Assembly: GCA_018671245.1 (NCBI GenBank)
Contig: JABHIB010000007.1
Location: 6,650 to 70,649 of the forward strand
Source of the DNA: an archaeon
GTDB taxonomy: Archaea > Nanobdellota > Nanobdellia > SCGC-AAA011-G17 > PNOQ01
DNA: 64,000 nucleotides
Reading direction: 5' to 3'
Positions 40,291 through 48,083 of the stretch are shown one piece after another. Position numbers and translations under genes: made by a program. The notes beneath the pieces were generated by a model, which ran no database searches, was not told the DNA's origin, and was given only the letters and a program-made list of their open reading frames with translations. How positions within the stretch are numbered: the stretch's first letter is position 1; each line of letters opens with the position of its first letter.

Positions 40291-40316
40291 ATTGAACTGG
40301 TTAAAATCCCAGTTCA
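40291..40316 (-). terminator. hairpin plus oligo-T terminator-like element at the 3' end of the lipoprotein gene
   Basis: It has a perfect 9-bp inverted repeat TTGAACTGG/CCAGTTCAA with an 8-nt loop. On the minus strand it is followed by TTTATTTATTTTTT. Confidence 0.3.
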
Positions 40317-40504
40317 ATATCTAAAAACTCCACGTCCAGATCTATATCTGAGTTCATTTCATCGAACTCTAATACATAATCTCCAAAATCATCTGTATCT
40401 ACATGTCCTGTTGTATCTGCAACATCTCCTGGACCTTGGGTACATCCAGTTATAACTAAAGATAGTAATGCTAGTATTACTATTATCCTTTTCATTTTAT
40501 TCAC
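40301..40504 (-). CDS. small acidic predicted lipoprotein
   Basis: It has a signal peptide with a lipobox-like LVITGC. The mature part is Asp/Glu-rich, and it has a GTG start. Confidence 0.45.
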   Translation of the reverse strand: MNKMKRIIVILALLSLVITGCTQGPGDVADTTGHVDTDDFGDYVLEFDEMNSDIDLDVEFLDIELGF

Positions 40505-41381
40505 TTACTCCCGGGGCATCATTGTTTGAGTTAATCTCTGGAAAGTTCCCTTGATTAATTCTGTATAGTCTAACTAATTTTTTTAGGATTTTATGAGATT
40601 CTTTCAGATATTTGTCTGCATCCTTCAAAAATCCTTTAGTTTGATTAAATAATTCATCCACTTCAGAAAGACTTCTTATTTGAGTGTATGCTCCTTTTGC
40701 GTGTTCATAATTCTCTCTTGCCAAGACTATTTTTGTATCAAATTCTTTAAGCAAAGTTTGCATTTCTTGAACCTCTTCATGGCTTTGATCAAGAGAATTA
40801 ATTTTTATGTGCAATTTTTCTGAAAGTGTTTCTGCTCTCAAAATTATGTTGTTTACTTTTGTAGCTAAAATTGTTCCAGTCACTCGTTTTATATCTGCTC
40901 TAGAGTTCTTCCAATAATCATTTATCTCATTTCCAACACTCCTTAATTCTTGTATGGTTATTGCTTCTGAGACTTTCACCTTAAATTCATTCAGATTTTT
41001 TATATGTGTTCCAAGATCTTCGATTATCTCTTGTTGTTGCGAATCATCCTGTATAACTCTTTCAGACCACTTTTGTAGGATTTCTAAATGCTTTTCCATT
41101 CTATCAAGTGTTCTTGTCATAAATTCCTGGGCCTTTTCAAAATGTATTTCTTGTTCCTCAGGTGTTAATTGATTAAATCTTTGTAATTTTTTCTTCGTCT
41201 GTAGGTAATCTGTTTTTGAATTTTTCCATTCATTTGTTATCTGTTTATATTCTTGTTTTAAGATATTGTATTCTTGGATTACTTTTTGATTACGTTGTTC
41301 TACTGATTGTTCTGCGGTTGTAATCGGCACTGTGCTCAATACAAAAAGTCCAATTAACAATAATGCCATTGTTTTATTCAT
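40497..41381 (-). CDS. secreted coiled-coil protein
   Basis: It has a signal peptide (ALLLIGLFVLSTVPITTA) and a heptad-like charged sequence throughout. Confidence 0.35.
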   Translation of the reverse strand: MNKTMALLLIGLFVLSTVPITTAEQSVEQRNQKVIQEYNILKQEYKQITNEWKNSKTDYLQTKKKLQRFNQLTPEEQEIHFEKAQEFMTRTLDRMEKHLEILQKWSERVIQDDSQQQEIIEDLGTHIKNLNEFKVKVSEAITIQELRSVGNEINDYWKNSRADIKRVTGTILATKVNNIILRAETLSEKLHIKINSLDQSHEEVQEMQTLLKEFDTKIVLARENYEHAKGAYTQIRSLSEVDELFNQTKGFLKDADKYLKESHKILKKLVRLYRINQGNFPEINSNNDAPGVSE

Positions 41382-41545
41382 TTTTATTTCTCCTGTTGTC
41401 CCATATTCGAGATTTAATGTATTTGTATTGGTAGATTTACTTATAAAGAAACTTTTTCTCTATGTGGTTAGAATCTTTACAAAGCTTTAATTTATAGAAA
41501 AGCTTTCAAAAGGTTTTTATATGGTTAATTTTATTAGTTAGTTTA

Positions 41546-42178
41546 ATGAAGAAATTATTATTGATATTATTGTTATTTTACATACCTTTTGTTAGTGGTG
41601 CAACTCTTCATGGTAGTGTATATGATTTTGATTTCGATATAATTGATAGTGCTGTTGTTGAGATAGATTCTAAACCTATGCAGAGTATGATTTCTAGAGA
41701 AGGAGTATATAGTTTTGAGTTAAATATTGGAGACTATATGCTCTATGCCAAATATTATGTTGGTCAGGAATTGATTGCGAGTACACAAGAGGAAATTTCA
41801 ATAGTTGAAGATGGAGATTATGTAATAGATATAATTCTTTTTCCAATTTTTGAAGATATTATTGACGAAGATTTCGATTTAGACTTCAATTATCGTAAAA
41901 GTTTAGGGGGAATGTGGATTACATTATTTTTAGTGCTAGGTATCTCTTATATTATCTTCAAGAAACGTCCAAGGAAAAAAATCGATGAAACTGATGAATT
42001 GAACATAGTACTTAGTTTTATTAAAAAACAAGGTGGGAGAACAACGCAAAAAGAGATTAGAAAGAATCTAGGGTTAGGAGAAGCTAAAGCTAGTTTAATC
42101 ATTACTGAATTGGAACATAAGAAGATTGTTCAGAGAATTAAGAAGGGGAGAGGTAATGTTATTATCTTGAACAAATAG
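41546..42178 (+). CDS. membrane-anchored winged-helix transcriptional regulator with extracytoplasmic CarboxypepD_reg-like domain
   Basis: It has a signal peptide, a beta-sandwich-like TLHGSVYDFDFDIIDSAVVEI...YSFELNIGDYMLYAKY region, one TM helix (MWITLFLVLGISYIIF), and a cytoplasmic wHTH (GGRTTQKEIRKNLGLGEAKASLIITELEHKKIVQRI). Confidence 0.5.
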   Translation: MKKLLLILLLFYIPFVSGATLHGSVYDFDFDIIDSAVVEIDSKPMQSMISREGVYSFELNIGDYMLYAKYYVGQELIASTQEEISIVEDGDYVIDIILFPIFEDIIDEDFDLDFNYRKSLGGMWITLFLVLGISYIIFKKRPRKKIDETDELNIVLSFIKKQGGRTTQKEIRKNLGLGEAKASLIITELEHKKIVQRIKKGRGNVIILNK

Positions 42179-42216
42179 AAAAGCTTTTAAAATAAAATTA
42201 GGTCTTTGTTTATTAT

Positions 42217-42291
42217 GAGCCCGTGGCTTAGTCTGGTTAGGGCGTCACGTTTACACCGTGAAGATCGCCGGTTCGAATCCGGCCGGGCTCA
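42217..42291 (+). tRNA. tRNA-Val (anticodon UAC)
   Basis: A cloverleaf fits with the acceptor GAGCCCG/CGGGCUC, an anticodon stem UCACG/CGUGA with loop UUUACAC, and T-arm GCCGG-UUCGAAU-CCGGC. It has discriminator A and no encoded CCA. Confidence 0.85.
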
Positions 42292-42340
42292 TTCATTATT
42301 TTTAGGTTAAGTTTAAATATTAATTAATTAGATTAATGTT

Positions 42341-42538
42341 ATGGCAAATAATATTAGTAGATTATTGACTGGTATTGGACTTTTAGTATTGGGTATAATT
42401 TTTTTTGTACTCGCTCTTTTTGATTCTTTTTGGTTGTTTTTTTATGCAATTCCTTTCATAATTATAGGTGTGTGGATATTTTTCAACGATGGAGAAGATA
42501 AAATTGAGAAGATTAAATATAAAGGAGGTAAAAAATGA
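42341..42538 (+). CDS. small two-helix membrane protein
   Basis: 65 aa with two hydrophobic segments. Its stop overlaps the next gene's start. Confidence 0.3.
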   Translation: MANNISRLLTGIGLLVLGIIFFVLALFDSFWLFFYAIPFIIIGVWIFFNDGEDKIEKIKYKGGKK

Positions 42539-42864
42539 CTGAAATAATTGTTACAACAACTAGCGAAGTTCCGGGAATGAAAGTTGTAGAAATACTGGGT
42601 ATTGCTAAGGGTAGTACTGTGCGGGCAAGAAATGTTGGTAGAGATTTTGGTGCAAGTCTTAAAAATCTCATTGGAGGAGAAATAAAGACCTATACTAGTA
42701 TGGCTAGTGATGCAAGAGATGAATCTTATAACAGAATGGTTAATGATGCGATAGAACAAGGTGCTGATGCAATAGTGGGAGTAAAATTTGTTACTTCAAT
42801 GATTTTGCAAGGTGCTTCTGAAATGTTGGCTTATGGGACTGCTGTAAAATTAAATAAGAAATAA
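42535..42864 (+). CDS. YbjQ/DUF74 (UPF0145) family protein
   Basis: It has the typical pattern IIVTTTSEVPGMKVVEILGIAKGSTVRARNVGRDFGASLKNLIGGEI...GADAIVGVKF. Confidence 0.75.
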   Translation: MTEIIVTTTSEVPGMKVVEILGIAKGSTVRARNVGRDFGASLKNLIGGEIKTYTSMASDARDESYNRMVNDAIEQGADAIVGVKFVTSMILQGASEMLAYGTAVKLNKK

Positions 42865-42871
42865 GGGGTGA

Positions 42872-44200
42872 TTATTTCATCCCTTTTTGTTTTGTATGTT
42901 TGAAAGGTTTGTGAATTCCTATTTTTTCTAATTGTTTTATTATATTTTGTTCTTCTTTGTCAACATTTCTTTTTTCGATTAAGTAAACTTTGTCAACATT
43001 TCTTAGTTTTTCATCAACTTTGAAAGAGATTTCATCGCCTTTTTTCGCCTTTTTAATTCTCTTGTCTTCTAGTCTCATATCTGTGATTTTAGTCCTGTAG
43101 TATCCAGTAGTTGGTCCTATGAAACAGATTTCAGCCCCATTCTCAATTTCTTGGTTTTCTTCTATTTCTATGGCAACAACTTTTAATCTAGGGAAGAATT
43201 GTGTGACTTTTCCTAACTTTGTTTTCTTTTCTTCTGCAATTGAACCATAAAACTTTGCCCATGAATCATTTGTGGGAGTTCCTAAAAAGAAATTTGTTGA
43301 AAACCCTCTATTAAATACCTTATGTAATCTATTTACTAACTTCATCATTTCTTTTTTAGTAAATTTATTTTTATCAATTAAATCAATAGCTGTACGATAT
43401 GCCTTTGTAACTTCATAAACATATTCTGGACCTTTTGCACGCCCTTCTATTTTGAAAACATTTATTCCAGATTCAACTAACTTGTCTAAAATTGGTAATG
43501 TGCATAAATCTTTTGGAGACATTACATATTCTCCTTCAAGAATGAAAGATCTTCTCGAATCTTCAACATCTGTGATATTATATCTTCTTCTACATTCTTG
43601 TAGGCATTGTCCCCTATTTGCAGATAACCTATTGTGAAATTGACTCATAAAACATCTTCCAGAATAAGCTACACATAATGCCCCGTGAATAAAAGTTTCC
43701 AGTTCTATTTCTTTTCCTTTGAAGTTTAGTTTTTCTTTCTTTATCTTTCTCTTTAGTTCTTTTATCTGATCTAATGTGCACTCTCTTGCTAGTACTATTC
43801 TTGATGCAAATTTTGAAAGAAATTTTATCGCTTCATAGTTTGATGTTGATAGTTGAGTACTAGTGTGTACTTCTATGCCTCTTTCATCACACATTTGTAT
43901 TATTGCTAAATCTGTTGCTATTACTGCATCTACTTTTGTTTTTTTTACTTCTTCTAGAATTTTTTCAACCTTATCTAATTCGTGATCATAAATTAATGTA
44001 TTAAGTGTTAAGTATCCCTTCATCTTATTTTTATGAAGTTCTTTCATTAGTCTATCTAATTCACTAATATCAAAATTTTTAGCTGAAGCTGAGCGCATAT
44101 TTATCCATTTTATTCCGAAATATGCAGAATCTGCTTTTGCTTTTATTGCAGATGCTAAAGTTTCCCAATCTCCAACTGGTGCTAATAATTCAGGTTTCAT
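42872..44200 (-). CDS. peptidase U32 family protein (RlhA/TrhP-like RNA hydroxylation enzyme family)
   Basis: It has the U32 signature N-terminus MKPELLAPVGDWETL and conserved Cys-containing motifs (HGALCVAYSGRCFMS). Confidence 0.8.
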   Translation of the reverse strand: MKPELLAPVGDWETLASAIKAKADSAYFGIKWINMRSASAKNFDISELDRLMKELHKNKMKGYLTLNTLIYDHELDKVEKILEEVKKTKVDAVIATDLAIIQMCDERGIEVHTSTQLSTSNYEAIKFLSKFASRIVLARECTLDQIKELKRKIKKEKLNFKGKEIELETFIHGALCVAYSGRCFMSQFHNRLSANRGQCLQECRRRYNITDVEDSRRSFILEGEYVMSPKDLCTLPILDKLVESGINVFKIEGRAKGPEYVYEVTKAYRTAIDLIDKNKFTKKEMMKLVNRLHKVFNRGFSTNFFLGTPTNDSWAKFYGSIAEEKKTKLGKVTQFFPRLKVVAIEIEENQEIENGAEICFIGPTTGYYRTKITDMRLEDKRIKKAKKGDEISFKVDEKLRNVDKVYLIEKRNVDKEEQNIIKQLEKIGIHKPFKHTKQKGMK

Positions 44201-44239
44201 GTTAAGATTGTTCAGAAATATGATTTAAAAAATTAACTA

Positions 44240-45151
44240 TTAGATTATTTCTTTCTTTTTTAGGTATAATATGAATATTGACCAGAATATTACTATGGTT
44301 CCCAGAAGGTAAGAAAATATATGAGGGTTGTTTTGTAATGGTAAAATTATATTCATACCATATAATCCCGAAATTGCTGCTGGAACTGTAATGACTACTG
44401 TAAATATTGTTAATAGTGTAATTACTTTATTTAATCTATTTGAAAGGGATACCTCTAAGTGGTTTCTAAGATTTGAAATAGTTTTTAGTGATGCTAGACA
44501 AATATCTAATCCTTGTTTTGCTTCAATTTTCAGATCTTGCATCTGTTCTTCATCCTCTTCCATAAAGTTAATCTGTTTTATTATTCTTTCATAAACTAGA
44601 TTGGTGTATTTGTATGATGATACAAAATGATTTAGTGATTCCTCTTGAAATAATAAGTTATCTAAATCTCTTTCTGATGGCCTTTCTACAATAGCCTTTT
44701 TCTCTGAATTAACTTGTTTAGCTATATGCAATGTAGATTTTTCGAATTCATTATTTATTTTTAATAATAGTGTCATAAGGCAACTAAGTTTTTTTGTTGT
44801 TACAAAGTTTGTAGTATTATCTATTATTTTATCTATGAATTTTGGTTGATTTTTTGAAAGAGTTAGTATGTATGTTGGAGACATGATAATTAAAAATGTC
44901 TCTAAATCTCTTTTGTTTGATGATAAAATTTTAAGTATGATATACAGGGTTTTATCGTCTTTTTCTACTCTTGGTACTTCATTTTTATCTGTTCCAGAAA
45001 TTAGGTTTGGTTCATCTAAATCGTAATTTTTTGTTAAATATGATATCTCTTTCTCTGTAGGATTAACAACATTTATCCAACAATTTTTCTCAAAGGATTT
45101 TATTTTTTTTAGTTTCTTTCCTTTGAGTTCTCTTTTATAGTAAGTTATCAT
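44240..45151 (-). CDS. corA: CorA family magnesium/cobalt transporter
   Basis: It has a C-terminal two-TM domain with the YGMNI (GMN) signature and a cytoplasmic funnel domain. Confidence 0.8.
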   Translation of the reverse strand: MITYYKRELKGKKLKKIKSFEKNCWINVVNPTEKEISYLTKNYDLDEPNLISGTDKNEVPRVEKDDKTLYIILKILSSNKRDLETFLIIMSPTYILTLSKNQPKFIDKIIDNTTNFVTTKKLSCLMTLLLKINNEFEKSTLHIAKQVNSEKKAIVERPSERDLDNLLFQEESLNHFVSSYKYTNLVYERIIKQINFMEEDEEQMQDLKIEAKQGLDICLASLKTISNLRNHLEVSLSNRLNKVITLLTIFTVVITVPAAISGLYGMNIILPLQNNPHIFSYLLGTIVIFWSIFILYLKKKEII

Positions 45152-45202
45152 AAGTAGTTTATTAGAAAATTTATTTAAAAGTGTTTTGTTTTAGAATTAT
45201 CT

Positions 45203-45454
45203 TTATTTTCCTCTTGTATAGTTGAATATGATCTTGTAGATCTTTTTGATTAAATCACTTTGTTCAGTTTTAGATTGTAATCTAGTTATAATTTCTTTTT
45301 CTCTTCCTAAATCTTTTTTTTCTATGTTATTTTGTTTTTTTATTGTAGCTATCTTATTCGCAACTCCAATTCTTTTGGTCAGAATTGAGGATAATTTATT
45401 ATCTAATAAATCTAATTTTTTTCTTAGTTTTATTATTTCTTTTTGAGAACTCAT
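45203..45454 (-). CDS. chorismate mutase (AroQ-class)-like small helical protein
   Basis: 83 aa. LRKKLDLLDNKLSSILTKRIGVANKIATIKK and DLGREKEIITRL align with AroQ catalytic positions (R11, R28, K39, D48, R51, E52 of E. coli PheA numbering). I recalled this alignment from memory. Confidence 0.4.
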   Translation of the reverse strand: MSSQKEIIKLRKKLDLLDNKLSSILTKRIGVANKIATIKKQNNIEKKDLGREKEIITRLQSKTEQSDLIKKIYKIIFNYTRGK

Positions 45455-45753
45455 ATCTGTTTTTCGCTATCTTTGTAGATGTGAATAACATTTACTGGAC
45501 AGGATTCTGCAACTTCTACATTGAAATCTATTTCTGTTTCATTTATTTCTTTTTTGTAGTTTTCTTCAGTTTTTTCACTATCAATTAAATCTGATTTTCC
45601 ATCTTCAGAACTCATTTTCCAGTTTTTTGGATCTAATGATGCACATGCACCACAACCTATACATTCCTCTCTATTGTGCAATATATAATTTTTTACCATG
45701 TTGATAAATTTGCTGAGTAGTTTAAAAATGTTTTTATAATCTTGAGGGGGCAA
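45451..45753 (-). CDS. single-cluster ferredoxin-like protein
   Basis: It has CIGCGACASLDP ... CPV, a C-x2-C-x2-C...CP pattern typical of small 3Fe/4Fe ferredoxins. Its stop overlaps the downstream gene. Confidence 0.45.
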   Translation of the reverse strand: MPPQDYKNIFKLLSKFINMVKNYILHNREECIGCGACASLDPKNWKMSSEDGKSDLIDSEKTEENYKKEINETEIDFNVEVAESCPVNVIHIYKDSEKQI

Positions 45754-45784
45754 GGTTTAAATAATCTTTAATCAAATTTATACT

Positions 45785-46846
45785 ATGAAATATGAGTTGT
45801 TGGTGAAGAAAGAGTTCTGGGATGATTTTTATAATGAACTGGATAGTGCAAAAAAGAGAGTTTATGTTCAATTTATGACTTTTGAAGGGGATAAGACTGG
45901 TTTAAAACTTGCCAATAAATTAATTGAATTAAAAAAAAGAGGATTAGAAGTTAAAGTTTTAATTGATAGATTTAGTGATTATTATGTTAGTGATACTTAT
46001 TACAAAAGGGAAGAGGTTAGGGAAGAAGTTATTGCAACTAAGAATATGATTGAATCTATGGAAAAAAATGGTATTAAGGTTAAGAGAACACATCCTTATG
46101 GCCTTGGAAAAATATTTTTTCTGGCTAGGAACCATAAAAAGATAATAGTCATAGATGATGTGTATTATCTTGGTGGGATAAATATTAGTGACCATAACAA
46201 AAGTTGGTATGATTTCATGGTTAAGATAAAAGAGAAGAACTCGTTGAAGTCGGTTGTAAATGATTTTAATTATACTTTTTTAAATAAGTTCAGAAATTAT
46301 AAGGGTAATAATATAATCACTAATAAAAATATTGGAGATGTTTTTTACGATTTGATTGATGGTGCTAAGAATGAAATTATCATTTCTTCACCTTATGCAA
46401 TAGATCTCTCTTTGATTGATATATTAAAGGATAAAAAGATTAAGAAAGTTTTATTGACTTTGAAAAATAATAATCAATTTGTTATAACTAATATGTCTAA
46501 ATATATTTATAGGAGATTAATTGAAGATGGCATGGATATATTTCAATATTCAAATTTTTCTCATGCTAAGTTTTTAGTTGTTGATAGAAATAAATTATTA
46601 ATTGGTTCTTCTAATTTTGGAAAAGAGAGTTTTATCGCAAAACAAGAGATATGTATTTTGATTGAAGATAAAAAGTTTGTAAAAAACTTTGTGGAGAGAT
46701 TGTATATTAATGATAAGAAGAAACTTATTAAGTATAAATGTCCTAAGAAAAGATTCTTTAAACAAAATGCTTATTCGCATCTTGTTTATTACTTGTTATT
46801 AATTTATTCAAGATTTATTGTAAAGAAGGTGAAATTAATTGGTTAA
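45785..46846 (+). CDS. phospholipase D / cardiolipin synthase family protein (two HKD motifs)
   Basis: It has NHKKIIVIDDVYYLGGINISDHN and SHAKFLVVDRNKLLIGSSNFG HKD motifs. Confidence 0.75.
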   Translation: MKYELLVKKEFWDDFYNELDSAKKRVYVQFMTFEGDKTGLKLANKLIELKKRGLEVKVLIDRFSDYYVSDTYYKREEVREEVIATKNMIESMEKNGIKVKRTHPYGLGKIFFLARNHKKIIVIDDVYYLGGINISDHNKSWYDFMVKIKEKNSLKSVVNDFNYTFLNKFRNYKGNNIITNKNIGDVFYDLIDGAKNEIIISSPYAIDLSLIDILKDKKIKKVLLTLKNNNQFVITNMSKYIYRRLIEDGMDIFQYSNFSHAKFLVVDRNKLLIGSSNFGKESFIAKQEICILIEDKKFVKNFVERLYINDKKKLIKYKCPKKRFFKQNAYSHLVYYLLLIYSRFIVKKVKLIG

Positions 46847-47471
46847 ACATTCTCATAAAATATTGATTAGTGCTTCAATATTTACTGTAATCTCTGGATT
46901 ATTCTATCTTTTTGGAATGTTCTTTAGTGATGTTCATCTTAAGTTTATTGGATTCATGATTATGGCCAGTACATTTCTGCCTTTTCCTGCTGATGCTTAT
47001 ATTTTATATGCTTCTAATTTCTTTAGTCCGTTAAAACTTGCTATCCTTGGGGGTTTGATGAATGCTGTCGCAGTAATTTATGAAAAGTATTTTGTAAGAC
47101 TTGTTATTAAATTAAAACGGTTTGAGGACATAGTTTTATTTTTTAATAACTTAAAATTTATTCAGTTTTCACAGAAGAATTTGTTCGGAGTTTTATTGAT
47201 TAGTGCATTTTCGTTTTTTCCGTTTGAACCGTTTAGACTTGTTGCCATTACACATAATTATAATAATGTTAAATATTTTTTAGCAACTTTCGTAGGTAGA
47301 GGATTTAGATTTTTTCTATTAGGATTGCTAGGCAGGGAATTGATCAAATATGATTGGTTAGGGATAGCTATAGGAATTAGTTTAGGATTATTCCTCTATG
47401 GTTCTTATGTTGGATATGTTCGAGAGAAAAAGCGAAGAAAGAGAGATTCTAAAATTAAACTTGATAAATAA
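46839..47471 (+). CDS. DedA/VTT-like integral membrane protein
   Basis: It has multiple TM helices and an FLPFPADAYILYA motif reminiscent of the DedA re-entrant loop. Its start overlaps the PLD gene's end. Confidence 0.35.
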   Translation: MVKHSHKILISASIFTVISGLFYLFGMFFSDVHLKFIGFMIMASTFLPFPADAYILYASNFFSPLKLAILGGLMNAVAVIYEKYFVRLVIKLKRFEDIVLFFNNLKFIQFSQKNLFGVLLISAFSFFPFEPFRLVAITHNYNNVKYFLATFVGRGFRFFLLGLLGRELIKYDWLGIAIGISLGLFLYGSYVGYVREKKRRKRDSKIKLDK

Positions 47472-48047
47472 TTATCCAAATACTTTTTTTACTGCCTTTT
47501 TGAATTGTTTGAATAATTCTCTGTCTTTGATATTATCTCCTGTTGCAAATGATTTTTGCATAGACTCATAATACCATTTTTGTTTTTCTTTTGGTGCATG
47601 AAAATTATCCCAAATTTCTTTCTTTATTGTTTTTTCATCTTCTATCATGCTTCTGATATTAGATAACTTGTCAGCACAAGATAGTAGTTTAGTGTTCTTA
47701 TCTGCAGTTTTTATGAAATTAATAGTGTGTGTTTTTTTCTCTTCCCAAATTTCTTGAGTTTTTGAAAATATTTTTTTCTTTTCTAGTTTTGCAGGTTCTG
47801 TAACATTTTTTACTAATCTTGCGACCTCTTTTCCAAAGTTTTCTTCTATATCTTCTATTGTTGTTTTGGTATCTTCTACTGTATCGTGTAGTAGTCCGGC
47901 TATCACAACTTTATCTGGTGCATGGTTTTTCATTAGAATTATTGCTACATCCATTGGATGAATGATATAGGGAGCTTTTTTTATTCTTCTTTTTTGTTTC
48001 CCATGTGCTTTTGAAGCAAACTCAAATGCCTTTGTAATATCTTCCAT
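47472..48047 (-). CDS. RelA/SpoT-type HD-domain hydrolase (small alarmone hydrolase / Mesh1-like)
   Basis: It has the pattern AHGKQKRRIKKAPYIIHPMDVAIIL...LLHDTVEDT...FGKEVARLVKNVTE, matching the SpoT hydrolase HD domain blocks. 191 aa with no synthetase domain. Confidence 0.65.
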   Translation of the reverse strand: MEDITKAFEFASKAHGKQKRRIKKAPYIIHPMDVAIILMKNHAPDKVVIAGLLHDTVEDTKTTIEDIEENFGKEVARLVKNVTEPAKLEKKKIFSKTQEIWEEKKTHTINFIKTADKNTKLLSCADKLSNIRSMIEDEKTIKKEIWDNFHAPKEKQKWYYESMQKSFATGDNIKDRELFKQFKKAVKKVFG

Positions 48048-48083
48048 CTTTTGGTTGAAGATTATATTTCTAGGTTTTTAAGA

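Noticed and set aside
42179-42340. tRNA-Val flank as a genomic island boundary
   Set aside because: I found no integrase and no duplicated tRNA 3' segment. Downstream genes look like ordinary housekeeping and membrane genes.
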